Positions 45,935-55,269 are shown, counted from the stretch's first letter. The stretch is 64,000 bases of DNA from Candidatus Fervidifonticultor secundus (GCA_031459385.1 JAVKIP010000002.1:64355-128354); one strand, 5' to 3'. The notes: a model not told the origin generated them from the letters alone. Made by a program: numbers and translations.

Positions 45935-48196
45935 ATGGCGCGCTCTGCCTATCGCGGCGCACGCATCAAGCGGCTGGAAGATCCACGGCTCCTTACGGGG
46001 CACGGGACGTACACCGGCGATCTCACCGCGCCGGGGCTTGGGTACGTGGCGATGGTGCGTAGCCCCCTGGCGCACGCTCGGGTGCGCGGCATCCGTGCGC
46101 CGGCGGGTATCGCGGTGATCACGGCGCGCGACATCCCTGACCTGCCCCACCTGACCGGAGAGATCAAGGGCGGTGCCGTCGTGCGGCACCCGGTGCTCGC
46201 CATCGACCGGGTGTGCTACGTGGGGCAGCCGGTAGCGATAGTGGTGGCGGACGATCCCCACGCGGCAGCCGACGCCGCGGAGCGCGTCGAGGTGGACTAC
46301 GAGGCCCTGCCGGTCCTGGCAGACCCGGAGGAGGCCCTGGCGTCGGGCGCCCGTGCCATCCACGACGGGCTCACATCCAACGTCGCCTACCGGCGGTACC
46401 GCAAGTGCGGCGACCCCGACGCCGCCTTCGCCGGCGCACCGGTGGTTGTCAGGCAGCGCATCAGGCACCAGCGCCTGGCGGCCGTCCCGCTGGAGCCCCG
46501 CGCGGTGCTGGCTGTGCCGCCGTCGGGCCGACGGTCGCGGCGCCTGACCGTCTGGTCGTCCACCCAGATGCCGCACGACCTAGGGGGGCTGCTGGCGGCG
46601 TTGCCCCACCTCGCGGGCCTGCGGATCAGGGTCATTGCGCCGGACGTGGGCGGCGGCTTCGGCGCCAAGATCAACATCTATCCCGAGGAGCTCCTCGTCC
46701 CGATCCTGGCGGTGCGCCTCGGGCGTCCCCTGAAGTGGGTGCAGACGCGCCGCGAGGACCTGCTGGCCACCAGCCACGGCCGGGCCCAGTTCGCCGATGT
46801 GGAGCTGGCCGCGGACCGCGACGGGCGCGTCCGGGGACTGCGGATGCGGATCGTCGCCGACGTGGGCGCCTACATGCTCTCCACCACCGCCGAGGTGCCC
46901 ACGCTGACAGCGCCCATGGCCTCCGGTCCCTACCACATCACGGACGCCGAGATCGAGCTGGTGGAAGTCTACACGAACCGGATGCCGACGGGCGCGTACC
47001 GCGGCGCGGGGCGGCCGGAGGCCGCGTTCTACCTTGAACGGATGCTGGATCTGCTCGCCCGCGATGTCGGCCTGGACCCTGCAGAGGTGCGGCGGCGGAA
47101 CTTCATACCGCCGGACCGGTTCCCGTACCGGAACGTCTCGGGGTACGTCTACGATAGCGGCGACTACGCCCGGGCCCTCGACCGCGCCCTGGACGCCGCA
47201 GACTATGCCGGATGGCGGGCGCGGCAGGCCGAGGGTCGGCAGCAGGGACGGTATCTGGGCATCGGCATCGCCAGCTACGTGGAGTGGTGCACCTACGGCG
47301 AGGACCGCGTGCGCGTGGAGGTGGACGCGGCCGGCATGATCACGGTCTTTACCGGCATCTCGCCGCACGGGCAGGGTACCGCCACCGGGCTGGCGCAGGT
47401 CGTAGCCGACGTGCTGGGCGCGCCGCTCGAGGCCGTGACGGTGGTGCACGGCGACACCGGGCGGGTCCCCCGGGGCGAGGGAACCGCCGGCAGCCGGTCG
47501 CTGGTCGTGGGCGGGACCGCCGCCTACCGTGCGTCGCAGAGCCTCCGCCGGAAGCTCCTGGCGCTGGCAGCGGCGCGCCTTGAGGCCCGCGTGGAGGATC
47601 TGGTTCTGGCCGACGGCCGTATCCACGTCGCCGGGACTCCCGAGCGCGGCCTGACCGTGGGAGGGCTGGTCGCCGATACCGGCCGGGGCCGGCTGTGGGC
47701 GCGCGGCGCATTCGACGCTGGTGACGCCACCTTCCCGTTCGGCACCCACGTGGCCGTCGTGGAGATCGATCCCGACACCGGGCAGGTCCGGCTGCTCCAG
47801 TACGTCGCGGTCGACGACTGCGGGGTCGTCATCAACCCGCTCCTGGTAGATGGGCAGATCCACGGCGGTGTGACGCAAGGTCTGGCCCAGGCGCTCTACG
47901 AGGATCTCGTCTATGACGGCGCGGGACAGCTGGTGACGGCGTCCCTGGCCGACTATGCCGTGCCACGGGCGCCCATGGTGCCCCGCGTCCAGGCCTACCG
48001 CACGGAGACGCCGACTCCCCGCAATCCTCTCGGCGCGAAGGGCGTGGGGGAAGCCGGCACGATCGGCGCCGCACCGGCCGTGGTGAACGCGGTCATGGAT
48101 GCCCTGGCGCCGTGGGGTGTGCGTCATCTGGACATGCCGCTGTGGCCTGGCACGATCTGGCGCGCGCTCCACGCGGCCCGGCGCGGCACGGTCTAG
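45935..48196 (+). CDS. Xanthine dehydrogenase family molybdopterin-binding large subunit (CoxL-like, AYRGAGR type)
   Basis: R.ED.RLLTG.G.Y, VGGGFG.K, AYRGAGRPEA, HGQG, GQIHGG..QG, KGVGEAG. Confidence 0.9.
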   Translation: MARSAYRGARIKRLEDPRLLTGHGTYTGDLTAPGLGYVAMVRSPLAHARVRGIRAPAGIAVITARDIPDLPHLTGEIKGGAVVRHPVLAIDRVCYVGQPVAIVVADDPHAAADAAERVEVDYEALPVLADPEEALASGARAIHDGLTSNVAYRRYRKCGDPDAAFAGAPVVVRQRIRHQRLAAVPLEPRAVLAVPPSGRRSRRLTVWSSTQMPHDLGGLLAALPHLAGLRIRVIAPDVGGGFGAKINIYPEELLVPILAVRLGRPLKWVQTRREDLLATSHGRAQFADVELAADRDGRVRGLRMRIVADVGAYMLSTTAEVPTLTAPMASGPYHITDAEIELVEVYTNRMPTGAYRGAGRPEAAFYLERMLDLLARDVGLDPAEVRRRNFIPPDRFPYRNVSGYVYDSGDYARALDRALDAADYAGWRARQAEGRQQGRYLGIGIASYVEWCTYGEDRVRVEVDAAGMITVFTGISPHGQGTATGLAQVVADVLGAPLEAVTVVHGDTGRVPRGEGTAGSRSLVVGGTAAYRASQSLRRKLLALAAARLEARVEDLVLADGRIHVAGTPERGLTVGGLVADTGRGRLWARGAFDAGDATFPFGTHVAVVEIDPDTGQVRLLQYVAVDDCGVVINPLLVDGQIHGGVTQGLAQALYEDLVYDGAGQLVTASLADYAVPRAPMVPRVQAYRTETPTPRNPLGAKGVGEAGTIGAAPAVVNAVMDALAPWGVRHLDMPLWPGTIWRALHAARRGTV

Positions 48197-50817
48197 CGGC
48201 CCGTCGCGCGCCCTGCCCAGGTGATGCGGCGCTGGAGGCGCGTGAGCGCCGCAGGCAGGTCGATGGCCCCGCGGAGCACCAGGGCCATCGGGTCGGCGAT
48301 GGCCGCGAAGCGCTTCGGCACCGTGGCCAGGGTGAACCGCGCCGGATCCAGGCGCCTGGTGACCTCGGACCAGCGCAGCGGGCAGGAAGCCGGCGCCCCG
48401 GGGGTGGGGCGGAGCGAGAACGGCGCCACGATGGTCCGACCGGGGCCGTTCTGCCCGAAGTCGATGTAGACTCGGCCGCCGCGGGCCTCCAGGGGCCGGG
48501 CCACCGTCGCGATCGCCGGTGCTACCTCCACGGCAAGCAACGCCAGCAGCCGGCCGAAGGTGCGTGCTTCCTCGTAGGTGTACCGGGCGCCGAGCGGCAC
48601 CAGGACGTGCAGGCCGCTGCCCCCGGACGTCTTCACGTAGTGTGAGAGGTGCATCTCCTCGAGGAGGCGATGCAGGACGCGCGCCACCGCCACGCAGTCC
48701 GCGAAGGGCGCGTCCTTGGGGTCGAGGTCCAGCACGAGCCAGTCAGGCCGCTCCAGGCTGCCAAGGCGCGACGCCCAGATGTGGAGCGGAATCGTGCCGA
48801 GGTTGGCGACGTAGCGCAGGGTCTCCACGTCGTTCACGATGAAGTAGTTGATCTCCCGCTCGGCGTCCGTGGAGTAGATCCGCTCGGTGCGTACCCACGC
48901 CGGCACGAAGGCCGGCGCATCCTTCTGAAAGAACGCCTTTCCGGCGATGCCGTCAGGGTAGCGCGTGAGCACCACAGGCCGGTTCTGGAGATACGGCAGG
49001 AGGACGTGGGCGACGGCCTCATAGTAGGCGATCAGGTCGCCCTTGGTGTAGCCCTCCTGTGGCCAGAAGACCTTGGTCGCGTTCGTGATGCGTACCCGCG
49101 GCAGCGCGGTCGGTCCCCGCACGCGACCGACGGCGCCCGCGCCGGCTGGCGCCTCCGCCGCCCGCGGCGGAGGCGCAGACTCGGAGACCTCGCGCCGGCA
49201 CTCTTCGGGCCTGCGGTCCGGGCGCAGTCCGAGGAACACCGGATGCCGCAGCCCGCCGTCCTGCGTCCACTCCGCGAAGCGCACCTCGCAGACCAGGCGC
49301 GGCTCCACCCACCGGTGCCCGCGTCCGGCCGGCGTGCCGACCTCGAACGGCGACGTGGGGCGCGCCAGCGGCCGCAGCGCGTCCCACACTCGGGTCAGCG
49401 CGGCATCGTCGAACCCCGCCCCGACCTTCGAGATGTAGACCAGGCGGCCGTCGTCGTACAGGCCGAGGTGGAGCGCGCCGAAGCAGCTCCGGGAGCCCCG
49501 CGGTTGGGTGTACCCGCCGATGACGAACTCCTGGCGCTGCTGGCACTTGACCTTCACCCAGTCGCGCGACCGCCCGGCCGCGTAGGCACTCGCGGCGCGC
49601 TTGGCCACGATCCCTTCCAGGCGCTGCTCCGCGACCAGCTCATAGAACGCCTCGCCGTGCTCCGCGACATGGTCGCCATAACGCACCACGCCCAGCGGGG
49701 GCACCACCAGGCGCAGGCACGCCTTCCGCACCACCAGTGGCAGGCGGCGGAGGTCGTGCCCCTCGAGCGCCAGACAGTCGAAGAAGATGCCCGCGACCGG
49801 CTGGGTGTGCAGCGCGGCCGCCACGTCGGCCGGCCGCCGCAACAGCATGCGGGCCTGGAGACGCTGGAAGCTCGGGTGCCCATGTTCGTCGAAGGCCACG
49901 ATCTCGCCGTCCAAGACGAAGCGCTGCACGGGGAGCAGGCGCAACGCCCGCACGATCTCCGGGTAGCGGCCGCTCACCGCCTGGCCGCTACGCCCGACCA
50001 GCTCCACCGCCTCACCCCGCCGCTCGGCCAGCACCCGCACGCCGTCGTACTTCACCTCGAAGATCCAGTCGGGGCGCGAGAACGGACGCGCGGCCGCGGT
50101 GGCCAGCATGAACTCCTGGGTCCTGGCCGACACCTCCCCGCGCGGTGCCCGGGCCATCCGCAGCTGTGTCGCGATGGCCTGCAGGCGCACCGAAGGGTCG
50201 CGCATCTCCTCCACCGTCAGCCCCGAGCGCACCGAGTGCGGGTACCGGGCGGTCAGTTCCTCGCCGCCGCTGCCGGGGCCGGCCTTCTTGATCAGCAGCC
50301 AGTCCCGTTCCGACCTCGCCATGCGGACCAGCATCCAGTGGCCGCGCAGCTTGTACCCGAAGAGCTCGACCTCGAGCCGGCCGCGCGCCAGGTGCGCCAG
50401 TGGATCGCCCGGCGTGACGAGGCGGTACGTCCCGGCATCCCAGACGATGACCGCGCCAGCCCCGTAGTTGCCCGGCGGGATGACCCCCTCGAACTCGGCG
50501 TACTCCACCGGGTGGTCCTCCACGTGCACCGCCAGGCGCTTCTCTTCCGGTTTCACCGACGGGCCGTGGGGGACGGCCCAGCTCTTCAGCACGCCGCCCA
50601 TCTCCAGGCGGAAGTCGTAGTGGAGGCGGCGGGCCGCGTGCTGCTGGACGACGAACCGCGGCGGGCCGGCACCGTGGAGTCCTTCGAACGGTTCGGGCGT
50701 CTGTTCGGGATCGCGCTTGCGCCGGTAGACGGCGAGCGGTCCCTCCGAGGGCGCGGCTGATCGTCCCGGCACCCCAGCCGGCCCGGGGGCGCGGGCTTGA
50801 GCACGCCGGGGCTTCAT
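48193..50817 (-). CDS. ligD: NHEJ DNA ligase D (phosphoesterase-ligase-polymerase domain order)
   Basis: PE domain: HAARRLHYDFRLE, SWAVP. Ligase: EVKYDG, DGEIV, EGIVAK, W.KVK. Polymerase: RYPDG, FFQK, LDLDP, KTSG..GLH. Confidence 0.95.
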   Translation of the reverse strand: MKPRRAQARAPGPAGVPGRSAAPSEGPLAVYRRKRDPEQTPEPFEGLHGAGPPRFVVQQHAARRLHYDFRLEMGGVLKSWAVPHGPSVKPEEKRLAVHVEDHPVEYAEFEGVIPPGNYGAGAVIVWDAGTYRLVTPGDPLAHLARGRLEVELFGYKLRGHWMLVRMARSERDWLLIKKAGPGSGGEELTARYPHSVRSGLTVEEMRDPSVRLQAIATQLRMARAPRGEVSARTQEFMLATAAARPFSRPDWIFEVKYDGVRVLAERRGEAVELVGRSGQAVSGRYPEIVRALRLLPVQRFVLDGEIVAFDEHGHPSFQRLQARMLLRRPADVAAALHTQPVAGIFFDCLALEGHDLRRLPLVVRKACLRLVVPPLGVVRYGDHVAEHGEAFYELVAEQRLEGIVAKRAASAYAAGRSRDWVKVKCQQRQEFVIGGYTQPRGSRSCFGALHLGLYDDGRLVYISKVGAGFDDAALTRVWDALRPLARPTSPFEVGTPAGRGHRWVEPRLVCEVRFAEWTQDGGLRHPVFLGLRPDRRPEECRREVSESAPPPRAAEAPAGAGAVGRVRGPTALPRVRITNATKVFWPQEGYTKGDLIAYYEAVAHVLLPYLQNRPVVLTRYPDGIAGKAFFQKDAPAFVPAWVRTERIYSTDAEREINYFIVNDVETLRYVANLGTIPLHIWASRLGSLERPDWLVLDLDPKDAPFADCVAVARVLHRLLEEMHLSHYVKTSGGSGLHVLVPLGARYTYEEARTFGRLLALLAVEVAPAIATVARPLEARGGRVYIDFGQNGPGRTIVAPFSLRPTPGAPASCPLRWSEVTRRLDPARFTLATVPKRFAAIADPMALVLRGAIDLPAALTRLQRRITWAGRATGR

Positions 50818-50825
50818 GCTATCGT
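50797..50825 (+). promoter_or_regulatory. Putative sigma70 promoter of ku, overlapping the 5' end of ligD
   Basis: TTGAGC-17 nt-TATCGT with an extended TG. Confidence 0.5.
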
Positions 50826-50861
50826 ACGAGACACCTTTCGGTGCCTCCGGGGGAACCGCCG

Positions 50862-51719
50862 ATGCCACCGCATGCGATCGGTTCCGGGACGATCTCGTTC
50901 GGGCTCGTCGCCATTCCGATCAAACTCTACACTGCCACTGCGCCAGGGGGAATCCGGTTCAACATGCTCCATGCCCGCTGCGGGACCCGTGTCCGGCAGC
51001 AGTACGTCTGCCCCGTAGACCAGGTGGTCGTGGACCGCGCCGAGATCGTCAAGGGCTACGAGTACGCCAAGGACCAATACGTGCAGGTGACCGACGAGGA
51101 GCTGAAGGCGCTAGAGGGCGACGCATCCCGCGTGATCGACATCGCCGAGTTCGTGCCGCTACCGCACGTGGACCCGATCTACTTCGAGAAGACCTACTAC
51201 CTGGGGCCCGACAAGGGCGGCGAGAAGGCGTACCGGCTCCTGGCAGACGCCATGGTCAAGACGAACCGCGTGGCGCTCGCGACGTTCGTCATGCACGGGA
51301 AAGAGAGCCTGGTGTTGATCCGGGCAGCTCAGGGCGGGCTCATGCTGCACACGATGTACTTCGCCGACGAGGTGCGCAGCTTCAAGGAAATCGGCCGCAG
51401 CGAAGACGTCAAAGTCAGGGACGGCGAGTTGCAGCTGGCGGTCAAGCTCATCGACGAACTGGCGACGGATGGGTTCGCGCCCGAGAAGTACCGGGACGAG
51501 TACCGGCTCCGTGTCCTCGACCTCATCAACACCAAAGTGGCGGGCAAGGAGGTCACGCCGGTGGGCCCGCAGGTACAGCGCGCCCAAGTGATCGATCTCA
51601 TGGAGGCGCTGAAGAAGAGCCTGGAGACGCGCATGTCGCGAGAGAGGAAGCCGGCCGCGCGGGCTCGGCGCCCAGCGGCGGCGCCTGCGGCGGGGAGGGC
51701 GCGGGCTGCCAGGAAATGA
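50862..51719 (+). CDS. ku: NHEJ DNA end-binding protein Ku
   Basis: GTISFGLV.IP.KLY, IVKGYE, Y...YYLGP, Y.D.Y, VIDLMEALKKSL, basic C-terminal tail. Confidence 0.95.
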   Translation: MPPHAIGSGTISFGLVAIPIKLYTATAPGGIRFNMLHARCGTRVRQQYVCPVDQVVVDRAEIVKGYEYAKDQYVQVTDEELKALEGDASRVIDIAEFVPLPHVDPIYFEKTYYLGPDKGGEKAYRLLADAMVKTNRVALATFVMHGKESLVLIRAAQGGLMLHTMYFADEVRSFKEIGRSEDVKVRDGELQLAVKLIDELATDGFAPEKYRDEYRLRVLDLINTKVAGKEVTPVGPQVQRAQVIDLMEALKKSLETRMSRERKPAARARRPAAAPAAGRARAARK

Positions 51720-52549
51720 TGCACTTCACCACCCGTGAGGTGGCGAAGATCCTCGATCTGCCTGCATCCCGCATCCGTGCCTGCGTGCGCGCCGGTCTCG
51801 TCAGCCCGCGAAAGGGCCGGGGCCGGTCCCTGGAGTTCTCGTTCCAGGATCTGCTGCTCCTGAAGACGACCAGACGCCTGCTCGAAGCGCGGGTGCCGCT
51901 GGGGCGCATCCGTCGCCTGCTGCACTCGCTGCGGCGCCAGCTGCCAGACGACCGGCACCTGACCAGCCTGACGATCTACGCCGATGGCCGGCGGATCGTC
52001 GCCTGGGACGGGCAGGCTCGCTGGCAGCCCGACTCGGGACAGTTCTTGTTCAACTTCGACGTGCAGGATGTGGCGGAGGAGGTGGCGTTCCCGGTGCCCG
52101 GGCCAGGGCCCGGGAGTGCCCTGGGCGCCGAGGAGTGGTTCAACGTGGCCATTGAACTGGAGGGTGCCTCACCCGAGGAAGCCCGCCTCGCGTACCGGCA
52201 GGCGCTGGAACTCGATCCGGGGTTCGCGGACGCGCACACGAACCTGGGCCGGCTCTACCACCAGGCCGGGAACGTCGCGCAGGCCGAGGCGCACTACCGG
52301 CAGGCGATGGTCCACGCGCCTGATGACCCGATTCCCTGCTTCAACCTGGGAGTGCTCCTCGACGACCTGGGGCGTCGGGAGGAGGCGGCGCGGATGTACC
52401 GGCAGGCGCTGGCGCGCGATCCGCAGCTCGCCGACGCCCATTACAATCTGGGCCTGCTGTACGAGGCGATGGGCAGGCGCGCCGATGCCATCGCGCACCT
52501 CCGCACCGCCCGCGCGCTCTACGCCCGGCCGGTTGGGGCGCGCCGCTGA
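51716..52549 (+). CDS. MerR-type HTH plus tetratricopeptide-repeat protein, coupled to ku
   Basis: ATGA overlap with the ku stop. N-terminal FTTREVAKIL...GLVSP...FSFQDL; TPR motifs (AHTNLG, CFNLG, AHYNLG). Confidence 0.82.
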   Translation: MMHFTTREVAKILDLPASRIRACVRAGLVSPRKGRGRSLEFSFQDLLLLKTTRRLLEARVPLGRIRRLLHSLRRQLPDDRHLTSLTIYADGRRIVAWDGQARWQPDSGQFLFNFDVQDVAEEVAFPVPGPGPGSALGAEEWFNVAIELEGASPEEARLAYRQALELDPGFADAHTNLGRLYHQAGNVAQAEAHYRQAMVHAPDDPIPCFNLGVLLDDLGRREEAARMYRQALARDPQLADAHYNLGLLYEAMGRRADAIAHLRTARALYARPVGARR

Positions 52550-52638
52550 AGCTGCGCTTTGGGGGAGTCACCCGGGGAATAGTCGAACCAGGGGAGAGCG
52601 TTGACGCCGACAGTAGCGTCGCCAGCCGGGAGTGCCTC

Positions 52639-53994
52639 ATGACCGACCCGCCATCCCGTGCACCCGCGTCGTTCCACTACGCATGGATCGTGCTGGGCGC
52701 AGTCATGCTCGTCCTGTTGACCGCCTCAGGCGTGCGGTCGTCGTTCGGCATCTTCATCAGGCCCATAGAGGCCGACTTCCAGACCGGCCGCGCGGCGCTC
52801 TCGCTGGTGGCCTCGCTGTCCCTGTTCCTCTATGGCGCCGCCGGGCCGGTGGTCGGGTACCTGGCGGACCGGTGGGGCCCGCGCTGGGTACTCGCCGGGG
52901 CCGTAGCGCTCCTCGGGGCAGGGGCCGTCGCGTCGTCGTTCGTCACGAGCCTGTGGCAGGTCTACGTGACCGCCGGCGTGCTGACGGCGCTGGGCGCGGG
53001 TGGCGCGGCAATGTCCGTGGCGGCCTCCCTGGCGGCCCGCTGGTTCGATACCCGGCGAGGACTGGTGCTGGGCCTGGCCGGGGCGGGCATGGCAGGCGGC
53101 CAGCTGCTCATCGTGCCCCTGGTCATGGCCGTGACGCTGACGTGGGGCTGGCGCATGGGTTACCTGGGGCTGGGGATCGGGTTCCTCGCGGTCATCCTGC
53201 CCGTGGTGCTCCTGCTGGTGCGCAACGATCCCCAGGACGTCGGGCTCCGGCCGTTTGGTGCCGCCGCCGACGCGCGGCCGGTCACCGCCGCGTCGCGCGC
53301 CGCCGCGCGGACTGGAGTGCGCGACGCGGCCCGTACGGTGCCCTTCTGGCTGCTGGCCGGATCGTTCTGGGTGTGCGGCTACACCACGTCGGGGCTCGTC
53401 CTTACCCACCTGGTGCCCCACGCGACGGAGCATGGCTTCCACGCGGGTCAGGCGGCCCAGGCGCTGGGCCTCATGGGCGCGCTGAACATCCTGGGCACCG
53501 TGGGGTCAGGCTGGATCTGCGACCGATACGGCGCGCGCGCGCCGCTGGCAGCTTACTACCTGCTGCGGGGCCTGTCGCTGGTCTTCCTGCCCTTCGTGGG
53601 TACCGCGCCAGGGTTGTTTGCGTTTGCCGCCGTCTACGGGTTGAACTACATTTCCACGGTTCCGCCTACCACGGCTCTCACGGCCCAGGTCTACGGACGC
53701 TACTCGGTCGGTGAGCTCTCGGGCTGGATCTTCTTCTCCCATCAGATCGGGGCGGCTGTCGGCGCGCTGGTGGGCGGGGTCTTCTACGATCGGTTCGGGA
53801 ACTACGTGCTGGCGTTCCATTCCGCCGCGGCACTGGCGCTGGTCGCCGTGGTGATGGTCCTGGCGATCCGCCCCGAGCCGCTCGGAGGATCGGCCCGCCC
53901 GCCGCGCCCGCAGGCCGTGCCGGCGCCCGCGGGCGGTCGCCCGCACGGGGTGGTCGTGACCGACCGCCCGGTCGTGGTCCGCGCGAGGCGCTGA
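52639..53994 (+). CDS. MFS transporter (MCT/OFA-like)
   Basis: About 12 TM segments; G.LADRWGPR, WF..RRGL..G, GWICDRYG. Confidence 0.9.
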   Translation: MTDPPSRAPASFHYAWIVLGAVMLVLLTASGVRSSFGIFIRPIEADFQTGRAALSLVASLSLFLYGAAGPVVGYLADRWGPRWVLAGAVALLGAGAVASSFVTSLWQVYVTAGVLTALGAGGAAMSVAASLAARWFDTRRGLVLGLAGAGMAGGQLLIVPLVMAVTLTWGWRMGYLGLGIGFLAVILPVVLLLVRNDPQDVGLRPFGAAADARPVTAASRAAARTGVRDAARTVPFWLLAGSFWVCGYTTSGLVLTHLVPHATEHGFHAGQAAQALGLMGALNILGTVGSGWICDRYGARAPLAAYYLLRGLSLVFLPFVGTAPGLFAFAAVYGLNYISTVPPTTALTAQVYGRYSVGELSGWIFFSHQIGAAVGALVGGVFYDRFGNYVLAFHSAAALALVAVVMVLAIRPEPLGGSARPPRPQAVPAPAGGRPHGVVVTDRPVVVRARR

Positions 53995-54974
53995 TGGACG
54001 CGGCGTTCCTCTGGCCCTCGGCGCTGTGGCTGCTCTGGCTCGTGCCCGGGGTGGCGCTAGCCTACCGCCGGGCGCGTCGGCGGGCGCCCGCCGGCCAGGT
54101 CATGTTTCCGCACGTGGGCTTGCTGGCCGAGGCCGCGGGCCATGCGCGGCCCGTGCGCCAGCACCTGGCGACGGCGTTATTCCTGGCCGCGCTGGCGTTC
54201 GTCGTAACCGGGCTGGCCCGCCCCCAGGTACCCTTGCCGGTGCCGGCCGACCGTTCGGCGATCGTCCTGGCCATCGACATCAGCGGTAGCATGCGGTCCA
54301 CGGACGTGCTGCCCAACCGGCTGGCGGCGGCGCAGGAGGCGGCGCGCGCATTCCTCCGCACGGTGCCGGCCAGTGTCCGCGTGGGCCTGGTGAGCTTTGG
54401 CGGGTACGCGTCATTGCTCGTGCCGCCCACCACCGAGCGCCAGCCGCTGTTCGACGCGATCGACGGGCTGCGCTTCATCCGCCGGACCGCGATCGGCGAG
54501 GGGTTGCTGGAGGCGGTCGCCGCGCTTCCGGGGCGCGTGCGCGCCCATCCCGATGGTACGCTGGCGGCGCGGCCGCCCGGCCCGCTGCCTCCCGGCGTGG
54601 TGATCCTGCTCTCCGATGGCCGCAGCAACACCGGTATCGACGCGGTGCAGGCGGCGGCCATCGCCCGCCAGCAGGAGGTCGTCGTCTACACCGTCGGCGT
54701 GGGGCAGCCGCAGACTCCCGACAACGCCTGGACCATCGGTGGCCCGCTGGACGAGGCGGAGTTGCAGGCGGTGGCGCGGGAGGCCGGCGGCAAGTACTTC
54801 CGCGCCACCTCCGCAGCAGGTCTGCGGGAGACCTATGAGCGCCTCGCCCGCGCCGTCGGGTGGGAGCGTCGGCCGCAGGAAGTCACCGGAGTGGTGGGGC
54901 TGCTGGGGGGGCTCGCCCTCGCCGCGGCGGTGGCCGTCTCCGGCGTGCTCACGCACCGGCTGGGCGTTCCGTAG
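53994..54974 (+). CDS. Membrane-anchored VWA-domain protein (BatA-like)
   Basis: N-terminal F.WP..L / LARP domain; MIDAS DISGS, TAIG, LLSDG; C-terminal TM segment. Confidence 0.85.
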   Translation: MDAAFLWPSALWLLWLVPGVALAYRRARRRAPAGQVMFPHVGLLAEAAGHARPVRQHLATALFLAALAFVVTGLARPQVPLPVPADRSAIVLAIDISGSMRSTDVLPNRLAAAQEAARAFLRTVPASVRVGLVSFGGYASLLVPPTTERQPLFDAIDGLRFIRRTAIGEGLLEAVAALPGRVRAHPDGTLAARPPGPLPPGVVILLSDGRSNTGIDAVQAAAIARQQEVVVYTVGVGQPQTPDNAWTIGGPLDEAELQAVAREAGGKYFRATSAAGLRETYERLARAVGWERRPQEVTGVVGLLGGLALAAAVAVSGVLTHRLGVP

Positions 54975-55075
54975 CTGCCACAGCGGCCCCTCGCGCAGGG
55001 CCCGCGTGCAATTCCTCCGATGTCGGTCTGCGAGTATTCCATGAACCCACGGGGGCGCGCGCGCATCCGTGGCTG

Positions 55076-55104
55076 TTGCGCGTGCGCCACCCGGAGGCTA
55101 TGCT
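55076..55104 (+). promoter_or_regulatory. Sigma70 promoter driving the riboswitch leader
   Basis: TTGCGC-17 nt-TATGCT, ending 19 nt upstream of P1. Confidence 0.6.
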
Positions 55105-55123
55105 GGAAACAGCACCGAGAGGC

Positions 55124-55269
55124 CGCAGCCTTCCGGGGCAGGGTGAGACGCTGGATGACGGCGTCAATTCCCGATCGGCGGTAACAGCCCGTGAGACCGG
55201 CGCGGAGCCGGTCGTGGCCCGGTGGAACTCCGGGGCCGACGGTAGAGTCCGTATGAGGTGAAGGCTGCG
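55124..55269 (+). ncRNA. FMN (RFN element) riboswitch, variant
   Basis: P1 CGCAGCCTTC/GAAGGCTGCG (10 bp). RFN blocks in order: GGGGCAGGGTGA, AATTCCCGA, GGCGGT, AGCCCG, CCGGTG..ACTCCGG, GCCGACGGTAGAGTCCG, ATG. Confidence 0.88.

Noticed and set aside
45935..48196. Calling the gene coxL (aerobic CO dehydrogenase)
   Set aside because: The active-site loop is AYRGAGR rather than AYxCSFR, and there are no coxM/S or accessory genes.
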